Of a stretch of DNA of 64,000 nt, positions 9,616 to 19,814 are shown one piece after another. The stretch is taken from positions 278,191-342,190 of the forward strand of contig JARYGU010000005.1 in NCBI GenBank assembly GCA_033795365.1, in the 5' to 3' direction. The notes beneath the pieces are model-generated. The model did not search any database and was not told the DNA's origin. It saw nothing but the letters and a program-made list of their open reading frames with translations. This stretch comes from Shinella sp. (GTDB taxonomy: Bacteria > Pseudomonadota > Alphaproteobacteria > Rhizobiales > Rhizobiaceae). Both the position numbers and the translations under genes were made by a program. Positions within the stretch are counted from its first letter, which is position 1, and the number at the start of each line of letters is the position of its first letter.

Positions 9616-9749
9616 TCATTCATATTTGGCGAAGCAGCGAGGCTGCCGTTTGCCAAATGCCCTATCGATATGGCATTAGAACGTCGGATGGCAAATGGTC
9701 TCGGACTATTTTTAGACATCCATTGTTTCTCAAGGAATAATCTCCATAT

Positions 9750-9795
9750 GGACCACGGTGCCGCGGCCAAGGTCCGCGGTCCTGTCATTTTTGCC
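9750..9795 (+). promoter_or_regulatory. Terminator-like hairpin in the lptC leader
   Basis: GGACCACGG (9750-9758) pairs with CCGCGGTCC (9774-9782) at 8 of 9 positions, followed by TGTCATTTTTGCC. It lies 33 nt before the lptC ATG and inside a 24-codon uORF. Confidence 0.3.
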
Positions 9796-9827
9796 GGAAT
9801 GTACGGCAACGGCGAAGCTTAGGAATC

Positions 9828-10490
9828 ATGCTGAACACGGTCACTGACGCACATCTTGCCGCGGGGAGCAGCCCCTCAGAGGCCTACCGGCTGGCAACGC
9901 GCCATTCCTCGCGCGTGCGTTTTCTCAAGATCGCGCTTCCGATCGTCGCGGTGCTGATCGCCACCGTTTTCGCGGCGGTTTCGCTCATCAGGACTTACAT
10001 GCCGGAAAACCTCGACATCGACAGCGCGACTATCGAAGACGGCAAGCTCGTGATGCGCAATCCGGCCATCTCCGGGCGCAACCAGCAGGGCATCAGCTAT
10101 TCCATGCGCGCCGACCGGGCCCTTCAGGACATGAGACAGCCCGATGTGATCACGCTCGAGAACATCCGCGCGAAGATGCCGGTCAACGAAACGATCGTCG
10201 CGGAGGTCGACGCCACGACCGGCGTCTACGATCGGGGCCACAACATTCTCGACATGACCGAGCCCTTCACGATAAAGCTCAACACCGGCCTGGAAGCGAA
10301 TTTCAGATCCGCTCATCTGGATATCAATGGCGGGCAGATGTCGAGCGAGGAGCCCGTCTCGATCCGTTCACAGGAAGCTTCAATTGTTGCACAGAAGCTG
10401 CGAATGACGGATAAGGGACGGGTTGTAACCTTTGAGGGAATGGTGAAGGTCAATGTGGATCCTGCCGCCATCCGCAACAGAGAAAAGTAA
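9828..10490 (+). CDS. lptC: LPS export system protein LptC
   Basis: 220 aa with a single N-terminal TM anchor and an OstA-like beta-jellyroll. It is the first gene of the lptC-lptA-lptB-rpoN order. Confidence 0.8.
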   Translation: MLNTVTDAHLAAGSSPSEAYRLATRHSSRVRFLKIALPIVAVLIATVFAAVSLIRTYMPENLDIDSATIEDGKLVMRNPAISGRNQQGISYSMRADRALQDMRQPDVITLENIRAKMPVNETIVAEVDATTGVYDRGHNILDMTEPFTIKLNTGLEANFRSAHLDINGGQMSSEEPVSIRSQEASIVAQKLRMTDKGRVVTFEGMVKVNVDPAAIRNREK

Positions 10491-10497
10491 GAGCGTC

Positions 10498-11058
10498 ATG
10501 ACCGTCTTCGCCGCATCCCTCTCCCGGCATTCCCATCGCCTGCTCCTGCTTGCCGGCATCGTCCTTCTCGCGGGCTCCGTCGAAGCGCAGCAGACGAACA
10601 GCAGGATGAAGGGGCTGGAGCTCTCGAACGACCAGCCGATCCAGATCGAAAGCGACAAGCTCGAAATCCGCGATCAGGAAAACAAGGCTCATTTCAGTGG
10701 AAATGTCAAAGTCGTGCAAGGGACGACGACGTTGCAGGCAGGCAACATGGTTGTCTATTACCGCGCGGGCAGCGGCGGGTCCGTCTCGAGCGGCGATGCC
10801 GATATCGAGAAGATCGACGTCTCGGAAAAGGTCTTCCTGAAGTCCGGCACCCAGGAGGCGACCGCCGAAACGGGAACATTCAACCTTGTCGACGAGACGC
10901 TGGTGCTGAAGGGCGACCGCGTCGTCCTTTCGGAAGGCAAGAACGTCTTCGTCGGCTGCCAGCTGACCGTGACGATGCGCACCGGGGAGGCCAGGCTCGA
11001 CGCCTGCGGCGGGCGCGTGACGATCCAGCTCGATCCACAGTCTCGCAAGACCAATTGA
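10498..11058 (+). CDS. lptA: LPS transport periplasmic protein LptA
   Basis: Signal peptide ...LLAGSVEA/QQ, then PIQIESDKLEI...AHFSGNVKVVQG...L (OstA_N). The ATG at 10498 was chosen. Confidence 0.85.
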   Translation: MTVFAASLSRHSHRLLLLAGIVLLAGSVEAQQTNSRMKGLELSNDQPIQIESDKLEIRDQENKAHFSGNVKVVQGTTTLQAGNMVVYYRAGSGGSVSSGDADIEKIDVSEKVFLKSGTQEATAETGTFNLVDETLVLKGDRVVLSEGKNVFVGCQLTVTMRTGEARLDACGGRVTIQLDPQSRKTN

Positions 11059-11070
11059 TGTAGAGCCCAC

Positions 11071-11880
11071 GTGTCTTCCAGCCTCCTCTCCCGACTGGCG
11101 CGCCTACCGAAGAAGCCCGCGCCGGAACCGCAGCGCAACGCCGATAATTCGCGTTACGAGGGCACTCTGATTGCCCGCAACCTGTCAAAGTCCTATCGCG
11201 GACGGCGGGTCGTCAACGGCGTCTCCCTGGTCGTCAGGCGGGGCGAGGCCGTCGGTCTCCTCGGCCCGAACGGCGCCGGCAAGACGACGTGCTTCTATAT
11301 GATTACCGGCCTCGTTCCCGTTGACGAGGGCTCGATCGAGATCAATGGAAACGAAGTGACGACGATGCCGATGTATCGGCGGGCGCGTCTCGGAGTGGGC
11401 TATCTTCCACAGGAGGCCTCGATATTCCGCGGGCTGACGGTGGAGGAAAACATCCGCGCCGTTCTGGAAGTGCACGACCGCGACAAAGCACGTCGCGAGA
11501 GGAAACTCGACAGCCTCCTCGCCGAATTCTCCATCACACATCTGCGCAAATCTGCGGCAATCGCCCTTTCGGGCGGCGAGAGGCGGCGGCTTGAAATCGC
11601 CCGAGCACTTGCGACCGACCCCACCTTCATGCTGCTCGATGAGCCCTTTGCGGGTGTCGACCCGATTTCGGTCGCCGATATCCAGGCGCTGGTGCGCCAT
11701 CTGACGTCACGCGGCATCGGTGTATTGATCACCGACCACAATGTCCGCGAAACGCTGGGACTGATCGACAGGGCCTACATCATCCATGCGGGCGAGGTGC
11801 TGACACATGGCCGCGCCAACGACATCGTGACCAATCCCGACGTGCGCAGGCTCTATCTCGGCGACAACTTCAGTCTCTGA
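11071..11880 (+). CDS. lptB: LPS export ABC transporter ATP-binding protein LptB
   Basis: GTG start; Walker A GPNGAGKTT, signature LSGGERRR, Walker B MLLDEPFAGVDP. Confidence 0.95.
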   Translation: MSSSLLSRLARLPKKPAPEPQRNADNSRYEGTLIARNLSKSYRGRRVVNGVSLVVRRGEAVGLLGPNGAGKTTCFYMITGLVPVDEGSIEINGNEVTTMPMYRRARLGVGYLPQEASIFRGLTVEENIRAVLEVHDRDKARRERKLDSLLAEFSITHLRKSAAIALSGGERRRLEIARALATDPTFMLLDEPFAGVDPISVADIQALVRHLTSRGIGVLITDHNVRETLGLIDRAYIIHAGEVLTHGRANDIVTNPDVRRLYLGDNFSL

Positions 11881-12109
11881 CCAGGTTTCCGCCCGGAAAA
11901 ACGCAATCGGAACTTGCATGCCGGACAGGAGCCGGTACTATCCCTATTGCGGCATTTGGCGACGCAACGAAATTCACCAAGTTCCAGTGCCGCATCTTGA
12001 CCAAATCCCATAAAAAAGCAATTTTTGGGCCAGTTGGGATTTCCGCCTGCGGATCGTTGCGTTTTTCGGGGATGGCGGGCATCGGCAGTCAGGGAGTTCA
12101 GCGTCCGTC

Positions 12110-13681
12110 ATGGCATTAGCAGCCAGCCTATATCTGCGGCAAACCCAGTCTCTGGTCATGACGCCGCAGCTCATGCAGTCCATCCAGCTGCTGCAGATGA
12201 CGCATATCGAGCTCACCCATTTCATCGAACAGGAAGTCGAGAAGAATCCACTGCTGGAGCTCGCCGCCAATGACGACATGCCGCGCGAGGGCGAGCGCAT
12301 CGATCACGACGATTATTTCACCGTCCATGAGGATCGGGGACAACGCGAAGGCGACGAAACGAAGGGCGAGACCCAGCGCGATCTTTACGATTCGGCGACC
12401 TCAGGCGAGGCCGGCGGCATGGCGGAGCCTTTCGACGGCAGTCTCGATAACATGTTTCCGGACGATGCAGGGCCGCGTCCGGCGGATGCACCCGAACTCA
12501 TCGGCCAGTGGAAATCCATGCCAGGGAGCGAAGGCGGCAGCAGCGAGGCATACGATCTCGACGACTTCGTTGCCGGCCAGACCACGCTTCGGGAATTCAT
12601 CGAGGGCCAGATCCCCTTTGTTCTGACCTCCGATATCGACCGGCTGATCGCGCATCATCTCGTCGACCAGCTCGACGAAGCCGGCTATGTCCATGGCAGC
12701 CTGGCTGAAACGGCGCTGAAGCTCGGCAAACCGCTTGGAGAAGTCGAACGCGTGCTTGCAAGGCTCCAGGATCTCGACCCGCCCGGCATCTTCGCGCGGT
12801 CGCTCAGCGAATGCCTGGCGATCCAGCTTCGCGCGCGCGATCGTTTCGATCCGGCTATGGCGGCTCTCATCGGAAATCTCGAGCTTTTGGCCAGGCGCGA
12901 TTTCGCGACGCTCAAGAAGCTCTGCGGCGTCGATGAGGAGGACCTCATCGACATGCTGGCGGAAATCCGAAAACTGGACCCGAAGCCCGGCACGGGTTTC
13001 CAGCCCGCCATCTCGGAAGCCGTCATGCCCGACATCATCGTGCGCGCTGCGCCGGACGGAAGCTGGCTGGTGGAGCTCAACCCGGACACCTTGCCCCGCG
13101 TTCTGGTCAATCAGGAATATTATGCTTCCGTTTCCCGCCGCACCAACAGGAACAGCGACGATCACACTTTCCTCAACGACTGCCTGCAGACGGCGAACTG
13201 GCTGACGCGCAGCCTGGACCAGCGCGCCAAGACGATCATGAAAGTGGCCGCAGAAATCGTACGCCAGCAGGATGCCTTCCTCATGCAGGGCGTCGATTAT
13301 CTGCGCCCGCTCAATCTCAAGACGATCGCCGAAGCGATCAAGATGCATGAATCGACCGTCAGCCGGGTGACCTCGAACAAATACATGCTGACGCCGAGGG
13401 GCCTGTTCGAGCTGAAATACTTCTTCACGGTCTCCATCGGCTCGGCGGAAGGCGGCGACAGCCATTCGGCGGAATCCGTCCGCCACCGCATCCGGACCAT
13501 GATCGCGCAGGAGGCGCCAGACGCGGTTCTGTCGGATGACGATATCGTCGATATCCTCAGGAAAAGCGGGATCGACATCGCGCGGCGAACAGTCGCGAAA
13601 TACCGCGAGGCGATGAACATTCCCTCTTCCGTGCAGCGCCGCCGCGAGAAGCGTGCACTGGCGAAAGCGGCGGGTTTCTGA
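12110..13681 (+). CDS. rpoN: RNA polymerase sigma-54 factor
   Basis: MALAASLYLRQTQSLVMTPQLMQSIQLLQM (region I) and the RpoN box ARRTVAKYREAM near the C-terminus. Confidence 0.97.
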   Translation: MALAASLYLRQTQSLVMTPQLMQSIQLLQMTHIELTHFIEQEVEKNPLLELAANDDMPREGERIDHDDYFTVHEDRGQREGDETKGETQRDLYDSATSGEAGGMAEPFDGSLDNMFPDDAGPRPADAPELIGQWKSMPGSEGGSSEAYDLDDFVAGQTTLREFIEGQIPFVLTSDIDRLIAHHLVDQLDEAGYVHGSLAETALKLGKPLGEVERVLARLQDLDPPGIFARSLSECLAIQLRARDRFDPAMAALIGNLELLARRDFATLKKLCGVDEEDLIDMLAEIRKLDPKPGTGFQPAISEAVMPDIIVRAAPDGSWLVELNPDTLPRVLVNQEYYASVSRRTNRNSDDHTFLNDCLQTANWLTRSLDQRAKTIMKVAAEIVRQQDAFLMQGVDYLRPLNLKTIAEAIKMHESTVSRVTSNKYMLTPRGLFELKYFFTVSIGSAEGGDSHSAESVRHRIRTMIAQEAPDAVLSDDDIVDILRKSGIDIARRTVAKYREAMNIPSSVQRRREKRALAKAAGF

Positions 13682-13944
13682 GGACGATTCAGGACGGAAC
13701 CTTTGCCTTCCTGCCGTGTTCCGAAACCGGACAGATGAACGAAGTATGAATACAATGATTGACTTCGTCCGCCGGACAAGCTAATGCGCGCCACAATTCT
13801 GGAGACAGGGCAGAACGACTTCCGACATATCCCCGCTTTTTCCGTTTCATCGTGCAAAAATCCCTTGCACGCGTGAAAAGCTTGGAACGCGGGATGGGTT
13901 GGAATAGACTGCTACGCGCAAATCACAACCAGAGAGGAAACTCC

Positions 13945-14520
13945 ATGAGTGTGCGTGTATCCGGTAAACACATGGAAGTCGGCGAAACTTTCCGCCAGCG
14001 TATTGAAGACGCGATCGGAGAGGCCGTAACCAAATATTTCGACGGAGGATATTCGAGCCAAGTCACCGTGGAAAAAGCAGGATCGCGGTTCAGCGCAGAC
14101 TGCAAGGTTCACCTTGATACCGGTGTGGTATTGCAAGCGAATGGAGAAGCCAACGATCCCCTCGTAGCCTTTCAGGGGGCCTCCGAACGGATCGAGAAGC
14201 GGCTTCGTCGTTACAAGCGCAAGCTCAAGGATCATCACAACGGCAACGGCCATGATGCCTATGCCGAGATAGCCTACACGGTCATGGATTCCATCCCCGA
14301 CGAAGCCGACGAGCTTCCCGAGGACTTCGCTCCGACGATCGTCGCGGAAAGCACGAAGAAGCTCAAGACCATGTCGGTCGCAAGTGCCGTCATGGCGCTC
14401 GACATGACCGACGAGCCGGTCCTTCTCTTCCGCAGCGTCGGCAAGGAACAATTGAATATCGTCTACCGCCGCAACGACGGAAATATTGGCTGGATCGATG
14501 CAGCCAATATCAAAGGCTGA
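13945..14520 (+). CDS. hpf: Ribosome hibernation promoting factor (long form)
   Basis: MSVRVSGKHMEVGETFRQRIE... (S30AE domain) plus a C-terminal dimerisation domain (...PVLLFRSVGKEQLNIVYRRNDGNIGWID). GAGAGGAAA lies upstream of the ATG at 13945. Confidence 0.92.
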   Translation: MSVRVSGKHMEVGETFRQRIEDAIGEAVTKYFDGGYSSQVTVEKAGSRFSADCKVHLDTGVVLQANGEANDPLVAFQGASERIEKRLRRYKRKLKDHHNGNGHDAYAEIAYTVMDSIPDEADELPEDFAPTIVAESTKKLKTMSVASAVMALDMTDEPVLLFRSVGKEQLNIVYRRNDGNIGWIDAANIKG

Positions 14521-14598
14521 GTGACGGGAGGGATAAGTCGGCAATTCCGGTCTATCTCCTCTTCAATCCCTTTCACTCCGGCTCATGAGGGCAAGAGC

Positions 14599-15063
14599 AT
14601 GGCATTGGCAGGTTTACTGCAGCAGAGTGCGATTATTCCGGCAATGAAGGCCAATTCCAAGAAGCAGCTGCTTCAGGAACTGGCGACGAAGGCAGCCAAG
14701 ATCACCGGTCTCCCGGAACGCGAGATTTTCGATGTCATCCTCCAGCGCGAGCGTCTTGGCTCGACGGGAGTAGGCAACGGCATCGCCATTCCGCACGGCA
14801 AGCTCAAGGAACTGCCCCAGATCACCGGTCTTTTCGCGCGTTTGGAAACTCCGGTGGACTTCGAGGCGCTCGACGACCAGCCCGTCGACCTCGTTTTCCT
14901 CCTCCTCGCTCCGGAAGGTGCAGGCGCCGATCATCTGAAGGCGTTGTCGCGCATTGCCCGGGTTCTGCGCGATCCCGCAATGGTGGCAAAGCTGAGAGCG
15001 TCGGATAACGCGACCGCGATCTTTGCCTGCCTCAGCGAGGAACAGGCTTCCAACGCCGCCTGA
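14599..15063 (+). CDS. ptsN: PTS-Ntr IIA-like nitrogen regulatory protein
   Basis: MALAGLL...RERLGSTGVGNGIAIPHGK (phospho-His motif). It follows rpoN-hpf as in most Proteobacteria. Confidence 0.93.
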   Translation: MALAGLLQQSAIIPAMKANSKKQLLQELATKAAKITGLPEREIFDVILQRERLGSTGVGNGIAIPHGKLKELPQITGLFARLETPVDFEALDDQPVDLVFLLLAPEGAGADHLKALSRIARVLRDPAMVAKLRASDNATAIFACLSEEQASNAA

Positions 15064-15082
15064 CAAGGCTTTCAACAAAGAA

Positions 15083-15118
15083 AGCCCGGCCGACCAGGAG
15101 GTCTGCCGGGCTCTTTTT
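15083..15118. terminator. Rho-independent terminator between convergent ptsN and grpE (bidirectional)
   Basis: AGCCCGGC (15083-15090) pairs with GCCGGGCT (15105-15112), followed by CTTTTT on the + strand and TTTCTTTGTT on the - strand. Confidence 0.65.
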
Positions 15119-15182
15119 CAAGAAGGTTGTTCGGCCGTCGATCGAGTCGTCTTGACTTAAACCAGCCGTTCCGACGCAGCTT

Positions 15183-15827
15183 TCAGGCCTGCGCGGAGGC
15201 GTCCGCCTCGGCGGCCGGCGCTTTCGGCCCACCCTTGGACACTCCGACCATTGCCGGGCGCAAGACGCGCTCGCCGATGACGAAACCGGCCTGCACGACC
15301 TGCACCACAGTATTGTTTGCAACCTCGGTGTTCGGCACTTCGAACATTGCCTGATGGAAATGCGGGTCGAACTTCTCGCCGACCGGCTCGATCTTGCGGA
15401 CGCCGTGGCGCTCCAGGGCTGCGAGCATCGAGCGTTCCGTCATTTCCACGCCTTCGATAAGCGCGTTGAATCCCGCGTCGCCCGCTTCACGCGCCTCTGC
15501 GGGAATGGCCTCCAGCGCACGGCGGAGATTGTCCGATACGGCCAACATGTCGCGTGCAAAGCCGGCGACGGAATAGGACTTGGCATCCTTCACGTCCCGC
15601 TCGGTACGGCGGCGCAAATTGTCCATTTCCGCGGCAAGCCGGAGATACCTGTCACGCAGATCGGCATTTTCCGCCTTCAGCAGCTCGACAGGATCGGGTT
15701 CCGCCGGTGCTTCAGACTGCTGCTCCGCAGCTTCCGCAGATGCCGCCTGCGTCTGCTCACTCGCTTCGGCAGCCTTGTTTTCCTCGGCCGCTGCGTCAGG
15801 TCCGTGTTTCTTGGTCTCGTCGGTCAT
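15183..15827 (-). CDS. grpE: Nucleotide exchange factor GrpE
   Basis: MTDETKKHG... has an acidic N-terminus, then [22 protein letters not shown]...FDPHFHQAM. The ATG at 15827 is used; the 494-aa track ORF is an upstream read-through artefact. Confidence 0.95.
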   Translation of the reverse strand: MTDETKKHGPDAAAEENKAAEASEQTQAASAEAAEQQSEAPAEPDPVELLKAENADLRDRYLRLAAEMDNLRRRTERDVKDAKSYSVAGFARDMLAVSDNLRRALEAIPAEAREAGDAGFNALIEGVEMTERSMLAALERHGVRKIEPVGEKFDPHFHQAMFEVPNTEVANNTVVQVVQAGFVIGERVLRPAMVGVSKGGPKAPAAEADASAQA

Positions 15828-16003
15828 GACGTACTCCGCATTGAATTCTTGTGATTGGTTGCTGCGCACCGCATCTTCCTCGGGATCGGACCTGCGGTGC
15901 AGCAAGGTCTTGCCCGATATCGATGTTTGAGGGCGAAAAATCAAGTCTGCATTGAAAAACTCGCGCAGACCGGTGTGAAAGCCGCATGGGAAAGACAGCA
16001 GGA

Positions 16004-16636
16004 TCAGCTTTTCTGGAAAGCGAGATGGACCCCCAGCCCCACGAGCACCGTGCCCCCTAAACGCTGCATCAGACGTTGGGCGCGGCCGGACCTGCGCAAC
16101 CTTTCGATCATCACGCCCGCCAGCAGCACATAGACGATATCCGCGGAGGTGAACAGCAGATTGACGACCGCTCCCAGAATGAAGAACTGGAGCCAGACGG
16201 GAAAGGCAGCCGACGCATCGACGAACTGCGGCAGGAACGCCAGGAAGAAGAGAGCGGTCTTGGGATTGAGTATCTCGACCAGGATGCTTTCGACGAAGGT
16301 ACGCCGCACGGATTTCGGCTCGACAACCGGCATATCCACATCGCCTTGCGTTTTCGAGCGGAACAGCGAGATGCCCAGCCAGACCAGATAGGCCGCGCCG
16401 ACGAGCTTCACCACCATATAAAGCGCAGGGACGGCATGGAAGAGGACGGATAGTCCCGCCGCTGCCGCGATCACATGCGCATAGCCGCCGAGATGGATGC
16501 CGCAAGCCGCCACCAGGCCGGACCATCGGCCGCGCGCCATGGTCTGAGCTGCGGCATAGAGCATCGCCGGACCGGGGATATAGGCGAACATCGCCGTGGT
16601 CGCCAGAAAGGCGATAAGCAACTCGGTCGAAGGCAT
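16004..16636 (-). CDS. LysE/RhtB-family amino-acid exporter
   Basis: 210 aa with 5-6 TM segments and an N-terminus [21 protein letters not shown] typical of LysE translocators. Confidence 0.88.
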   Translation of the reverse strand: MPSTELLIAFLATTAMFAYIPGPAMLYAAAQTMARGRWSGLVAACGIHLGGYAHVIAAAAGLSVLFHAVPALYMVVKLVGAAYLVWLGISLFRSKTQGDVDMPVVEPKSVRRTFVESILVEILNPKTALFFLAFLPQFVDASAAFPVWLQFFILGAVVNLLFTSADIVYVLLAGVMIERLRRSGRAQRLMQRLGGTVLVGLGVHLAFQKS

Positions 16637-16730
16637 TGTGGCTCCTGGTTCGACAATCCGTTGTCACTATAGGCCTGAGGGCAGCCGAATGTGGAGAGAA
16701 ATCGGACGGGCAAGCTGCAATGCCGGCCGG

Positions 16731-17810
16731 TCAGCGCGAAAGCTGCGACATCAGTTGCGCCGTGTAATCCACCATCGGCACGATGCGGGAATAATTCAGC
16801 CGTGTCGGACCGATCACGCCCACGGCGCCGACGATCTTCTCGTCGCTGTCGCGGTATGGCGCGACGATCAAAGACGAGCCCGAAAGGGAGAAGAGCTTGT
16901 TCTCCGAGCCGATGAAGATGCGCACGCCCGACCCGCTTTCCGCGAGATTGAGGAGTTCGATCAGGCTCTCCTTCTTTTCCAGATCGTCGAAGAGCATTCG
17001 CAGCCGGTCGATATCCTCCGCCCCGACGAGCCCCTCCAGCAGGTTTGAGCGTCCGCGCACGATCAGCCGTGTCGGCTTCTCCTCCTCGGAGCCGCCGGAC
17101 CATACCGCCAGCCCTCGCTCGACAAGATCCTGGGACAGCTTGTCGAGTTCGCTGCGGATTTCGCCTCTCAGCCGCTGCAACTGGGCACGGGCTTCCATGA
17201 GCGTGCTTCCGGCAAGATGAGCATTCAAAAAGTTCGCAGCCTCGGTGAGCTGGGAATTACTTACGCCTGCCGGCAGCTCGATGATGCGGTTTTCGATCTG
17301 GTCATGATCGCCGACGAGGACGACGAGCGCCTTCGTCGGCTCGAGGCGGATGAATTCCACGTGCTTCAGCACCGCGTCGGTCTTGGTGGTGATCACGAGC
17401 CCGGCGCCGCGCGACATGCCGGAAAGCATCCGGCTCGCCTCGTTCATCATCGTCTCCACCGCCTGCTGGTGGTTCACCGGGCGGACGTGCCGATCGATGG
17501 AAGCCCTTTCCTCCTCCGAAAGATTGCCGACCTGCATGAAAGCATCCACGAAGAAACGCAGGCCCTGCTGTGTCGGCAGGCGGCCGGCGCTCACATGCGG
17601 GGAATAGATGAGCCCAAGCGCTTCCAGGTCGCTCATCACGTTTCGAACCGATGCCGGGGAAAGCGACATCGGCAGGATACGCGAAAGGTTGCGGGAGCCG
17701 AGCGGCTCGCCGCTCTCCAGATAGCTTTCGACGATGCGGCGAAAAACCTCGCCGGAGCGCTCGTCCAGCGCCATCTGAATTTCCGGGTCCGCGGTATTTT
17801 TTAGAACCAT
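16731..17810 (-). CDS. hrcA: Heat-inducible transcription repressor HrcA
   Basis: LDERSGEVFRRIVESYLESGEPLGSRNLSR...ASVRNVMSDLEALGLIYSPHVSAGRLPT. Confidence 0.95.
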   Translation of the reverse strand: MVLKNTADPEIQMALDERSGEVFRRIVESYLESGEPLGSRNLSRILPMSLSPASVRNVMSDLEALGLIYSPHVSAGRLPTQQGLRFFVDAFMQVGNLSEEERASIDRHVRPVNHQQAVETMMNEASRMLSGMSRGAGLVITTKTDAVLKHVEFIRLEPTKALVVLVGDHDQIENRIIELPAGVSNSQLTEAANFLNAHLAGSTLMEARAQLQRLRGEIRSELDKLSQDLVERGLAVWSGGSEEEKPTRLIVRGRSNLLEGLVGAEDIDRLRMLFDDLEKKESLIELLNLAESGSGVRIFIGSENKLFSLSGSSLIVAPYRDSDEKIVGAVGVIGPTRLNYSRIVPMVDYTAQLMSQLSR

Positions 17811-17840
17811 GCCGTCAGAACGATCCTCTTCATGGTCGAT

Positions 17841-17868
17841 AATATAGTGATTTCACAGCGTTCCGCAA
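17841..17868 (-). promoter_or_regulatory. Candidate sigma-70-type promoter of hrcA
   Basis: The minus strand reads TTGCGG-N16-TATATT about 30 nt upstream of the hrcA ATG. This is a pattern match only. Confidence 0.3.
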
Positions 17869-18001
17869 AAGAAATTGCCGCGGAAAGACAGCGCCGAGCG
17901 GCCAAAGATCCCGATTTCCGCGGTCTGGCCCCTTTGGCGATTTCCTCCCGCCGCGAACTGGTCTAGAAGACCTTCCTTGACCGTTATACCAGGAGTTCGT
18001 G

Positions 18002-18718
18002 ATGCGGCCGTCCGGCAGAAAAACCGACCAGATGCGCAAGGTTTCCTTCGAGCGCAATTTTTCGAAACATGCAGAAGGATCCTGCCTCGTCAAGTTCGGC
18101 GACACGCATGTGCTCGTGACGGCAAGTCTTGAGGAAAAGACGCCGCCATGGCTCAGGAATAGCGGCAAAGGCTGGGTGACCGCCGAGTACGGCATGCTGC
18201 CGCGCGCCACAGGCGAGCGCATGAAGCGCGAGGCCGCAGCCGGCAAGCAGGGCGGGCGCACCCAGGAAATCCAGCGCCTCATCGGCCGGTCCTTGCGCGC
18301 CGTCGTCGATCTCGAAGCGCTCGGCGAGAAGCAGATCACCATCGACTGCGACGTGCTCCAGGCGGATGGCGGTACCCGCACCGCCTCGATCACCGGCGCA
18401 TGGATTGCCCTCCACGACTGCTTGAAATGGATGGAGGCCCGCAGCATGATAAAAGTCGAGAAGGTGCTCAAGGATCATGTCGCCGCCATCTCCTGCGGCA
18501 TTTTCGCAAGCCAATCGGTCATCGACCTCGATTATCTGGAGGATTCCGCTGCAGAGACGGATGCGAATTTCGTCATGACCGGCACCGGCGGGATTGTCGA
18601 GATCCAGGGAACCGCAGAGGGCAAACCGTTCACGGACGAGGAATTCGCCAGCCTGATGTCGCTTGCCAAGTCAGGCATCGCGGAGCTCGTCGCGCTGCAG
18701 AGGCAGGCGATCGCCTGA
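18002..18718 (+). CDS. rph: Ribonuclease PH
   Basis: [38 protein letters not shown]...[16 protein letters not shown]...[24 protein letters not shown] lies 7 nt upstream of the ATG at 18002. Confidence 0.96.
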   Translation: MRPSGRKTDQMRKVSFERNFSKHAEGSCLVKFGDTHVLVTASLEEKTPPWLRNSGKGWVTAEYGMLPRATGERMKREAAAGKQGGRTQEIQRLIGRSLRAVVDLEALGEKQITIDCDVLQADGGTRTASITGAWIALHDCLKWMEARSMIKVEKVLKDHVAAISCGIFASQSVIDLDYLEDSAAETDANFVMTGTGGIVEIQGTAEGKPFTDEEFASLMSLAKSGIAELVALQRQAIA

Positions 18719-18737
18719 AACAGGGAGTACCGCCGCC

Positions 18738-19160
18738 ATGGCCGCAATCGAGGGCATTCTGGAAACCGCACTCTATGCGGAGGATCTCGACGCGGCGGAA
18801 TCCTTCTATGGCGGCCTGCTCGGCCTGGAAAGGATCACGCGGCAGGCCGATCGTCACATCTTCTTCCGTTGCGGACCCGGCGTGCTTCTGATCTTCAATC
18901 CGAAGGAGACCCTGGTTCCGCCGCCACCGGAGGCTTTTCCGGTCCCCGCGCACGGAATGACCGGCAACGGCCATATCTGCTTCAGGGTGCCGGGCAGCGA
19001 CCTCGACGGTTGGGCCGCCAGGCTGCGGGACGCGGGCGTCGCCATCGAGGCAGATTTCCGCTGGCCGAACGGGGCTCGCTCCATCTATTTCCGGGATCCG
19101 GCCGGCAACAGCATCGAATGTGCCGAGCCGAAGCTCTGGGGCTTTGACGAACAGGAATGA
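18738..19160 (+). CDS. VOC (glyoxalase/bleomycin-resistance/dioxygenase) family protein
   Basis: [31 protein letters not shown]...GHICFRV...[13 protein letters not shown]. Its stop overlaps the following ORF. Confidence 0.8.
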   Translation: MAAIEGILETALYAEDLDAAESFYGGLLGLERITRQADRHIFFRCGPGVLLIFNPKETLVPPPPEAFPVPAHGMTGNGHICFRVPGSDLDGWAARLRDAGVAIEADFRWPNGARSIYFRDPAGNSIECAEPKLWGFDEQE

Positions 19161-19162
19161 TT

Positions 19163-19807
19163 ATGCGCAAGCTCGATACCAGAACCATTGTCGTCGCCAG
19201 CCACAATGCCGGCAAGATCCGCGAGATCCGCGACCTGATCGGCCCGTTCGGCTTTGAAGCCCGGTCGGCGGCCGAACTCGATTTCATCGAACCGGACGAG
19301 ACCGGCTCCACCTTCGAGGAGAACGCCGCGATCAAGGCGCTGGCCTCCGCGAAGGCTGCCAATATGCCGGCGCTTTCCGATGACTCCGGCCTCATGGTCG
19401 AGGCGCTCGGCGGCGCGCCGGGCGTCTACACCGCGAATTGGGCGGAGCGGACCGATGGCAGCCGCGACTTCGGAATGGCCATGGAAAAGGTGGAGAAGGC
19501 CCTTGCCGAGAAAGGGGCCGCCTCTCCTTGCGAGCGCACGGCGCGGTTCGTTTCGGTCCTTTGTCTCGCCTGGCCGGACGGGCACACCGAATTCTTCCGC
19601 GGCGAGGTGGATGGCGACCTCGTCTGGCCTCCACGCGGCGACAAAGGGTTCGGCTACGATCCGATCTTTCGACCCGCCGGTCATGAGCTGACCTTCGGCG
19701 AAATGAGCGCAGAGGAAAAACACGGGTGGAAGCCTGGGGAAGCGGAAGCGCTTTCCCATCGCGCCCGCGCCTTCAAACGCTTTGTCGAAACCTGTCTGGA
19801 GGACTGA
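19163..19807 (+). CDS. rdgB: dITP/XTP pyrophosphatase (RdgB/HAM1)
   Basis: [14 protein letters not shown]...[10 protein letters not shown]...LSDDSGL...GAPGVYTA...GFGYDPIF. The start is the ATG at 19163 (AGGAA upstream) or at 19157. Confidence 0.92.
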   Translation: MRKLDTRTIVVASHNAGKIREIRDLIGPFGFEARSAAELDFIEPDETGSTFEENAAIKALASAKAANMPALSDDSGLMVEALGGAPGVYTANWAERTDGSRDFGMAMEKVEKALAEKGAASPCERTARFVSVLCLAWPDGHTEFFRGEVDGDLVWPPRGDKGFGYDPIFRPAGHELTFGEMSAEEKHGWKPGEAEALSHRARAFKRFVETCLED

Positions 19808-19814
19808 CGGGGCA

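Noticed and set aside
9782-9788. An exact CTGTCAT Pho half-site in the lptC leader.
   Set aside because: There is no second half-site at the 11-bp spacing on either side. It is part of the hairpin and U-tract region instead.
15828-16003. A search for CIRCE (TTAGCACTC-N9-GAGTGCTAA) and a clear RpoH promoter upstream of grpE, and likewise upstream of hrcA at 17811-17998.
   Set aside because: No CIRCE-like inverted repeat is present. The only sigma-32-like candidate (CTTGAT-N17-CGATATC) matches the -10 consensus poorly, so no call is made.
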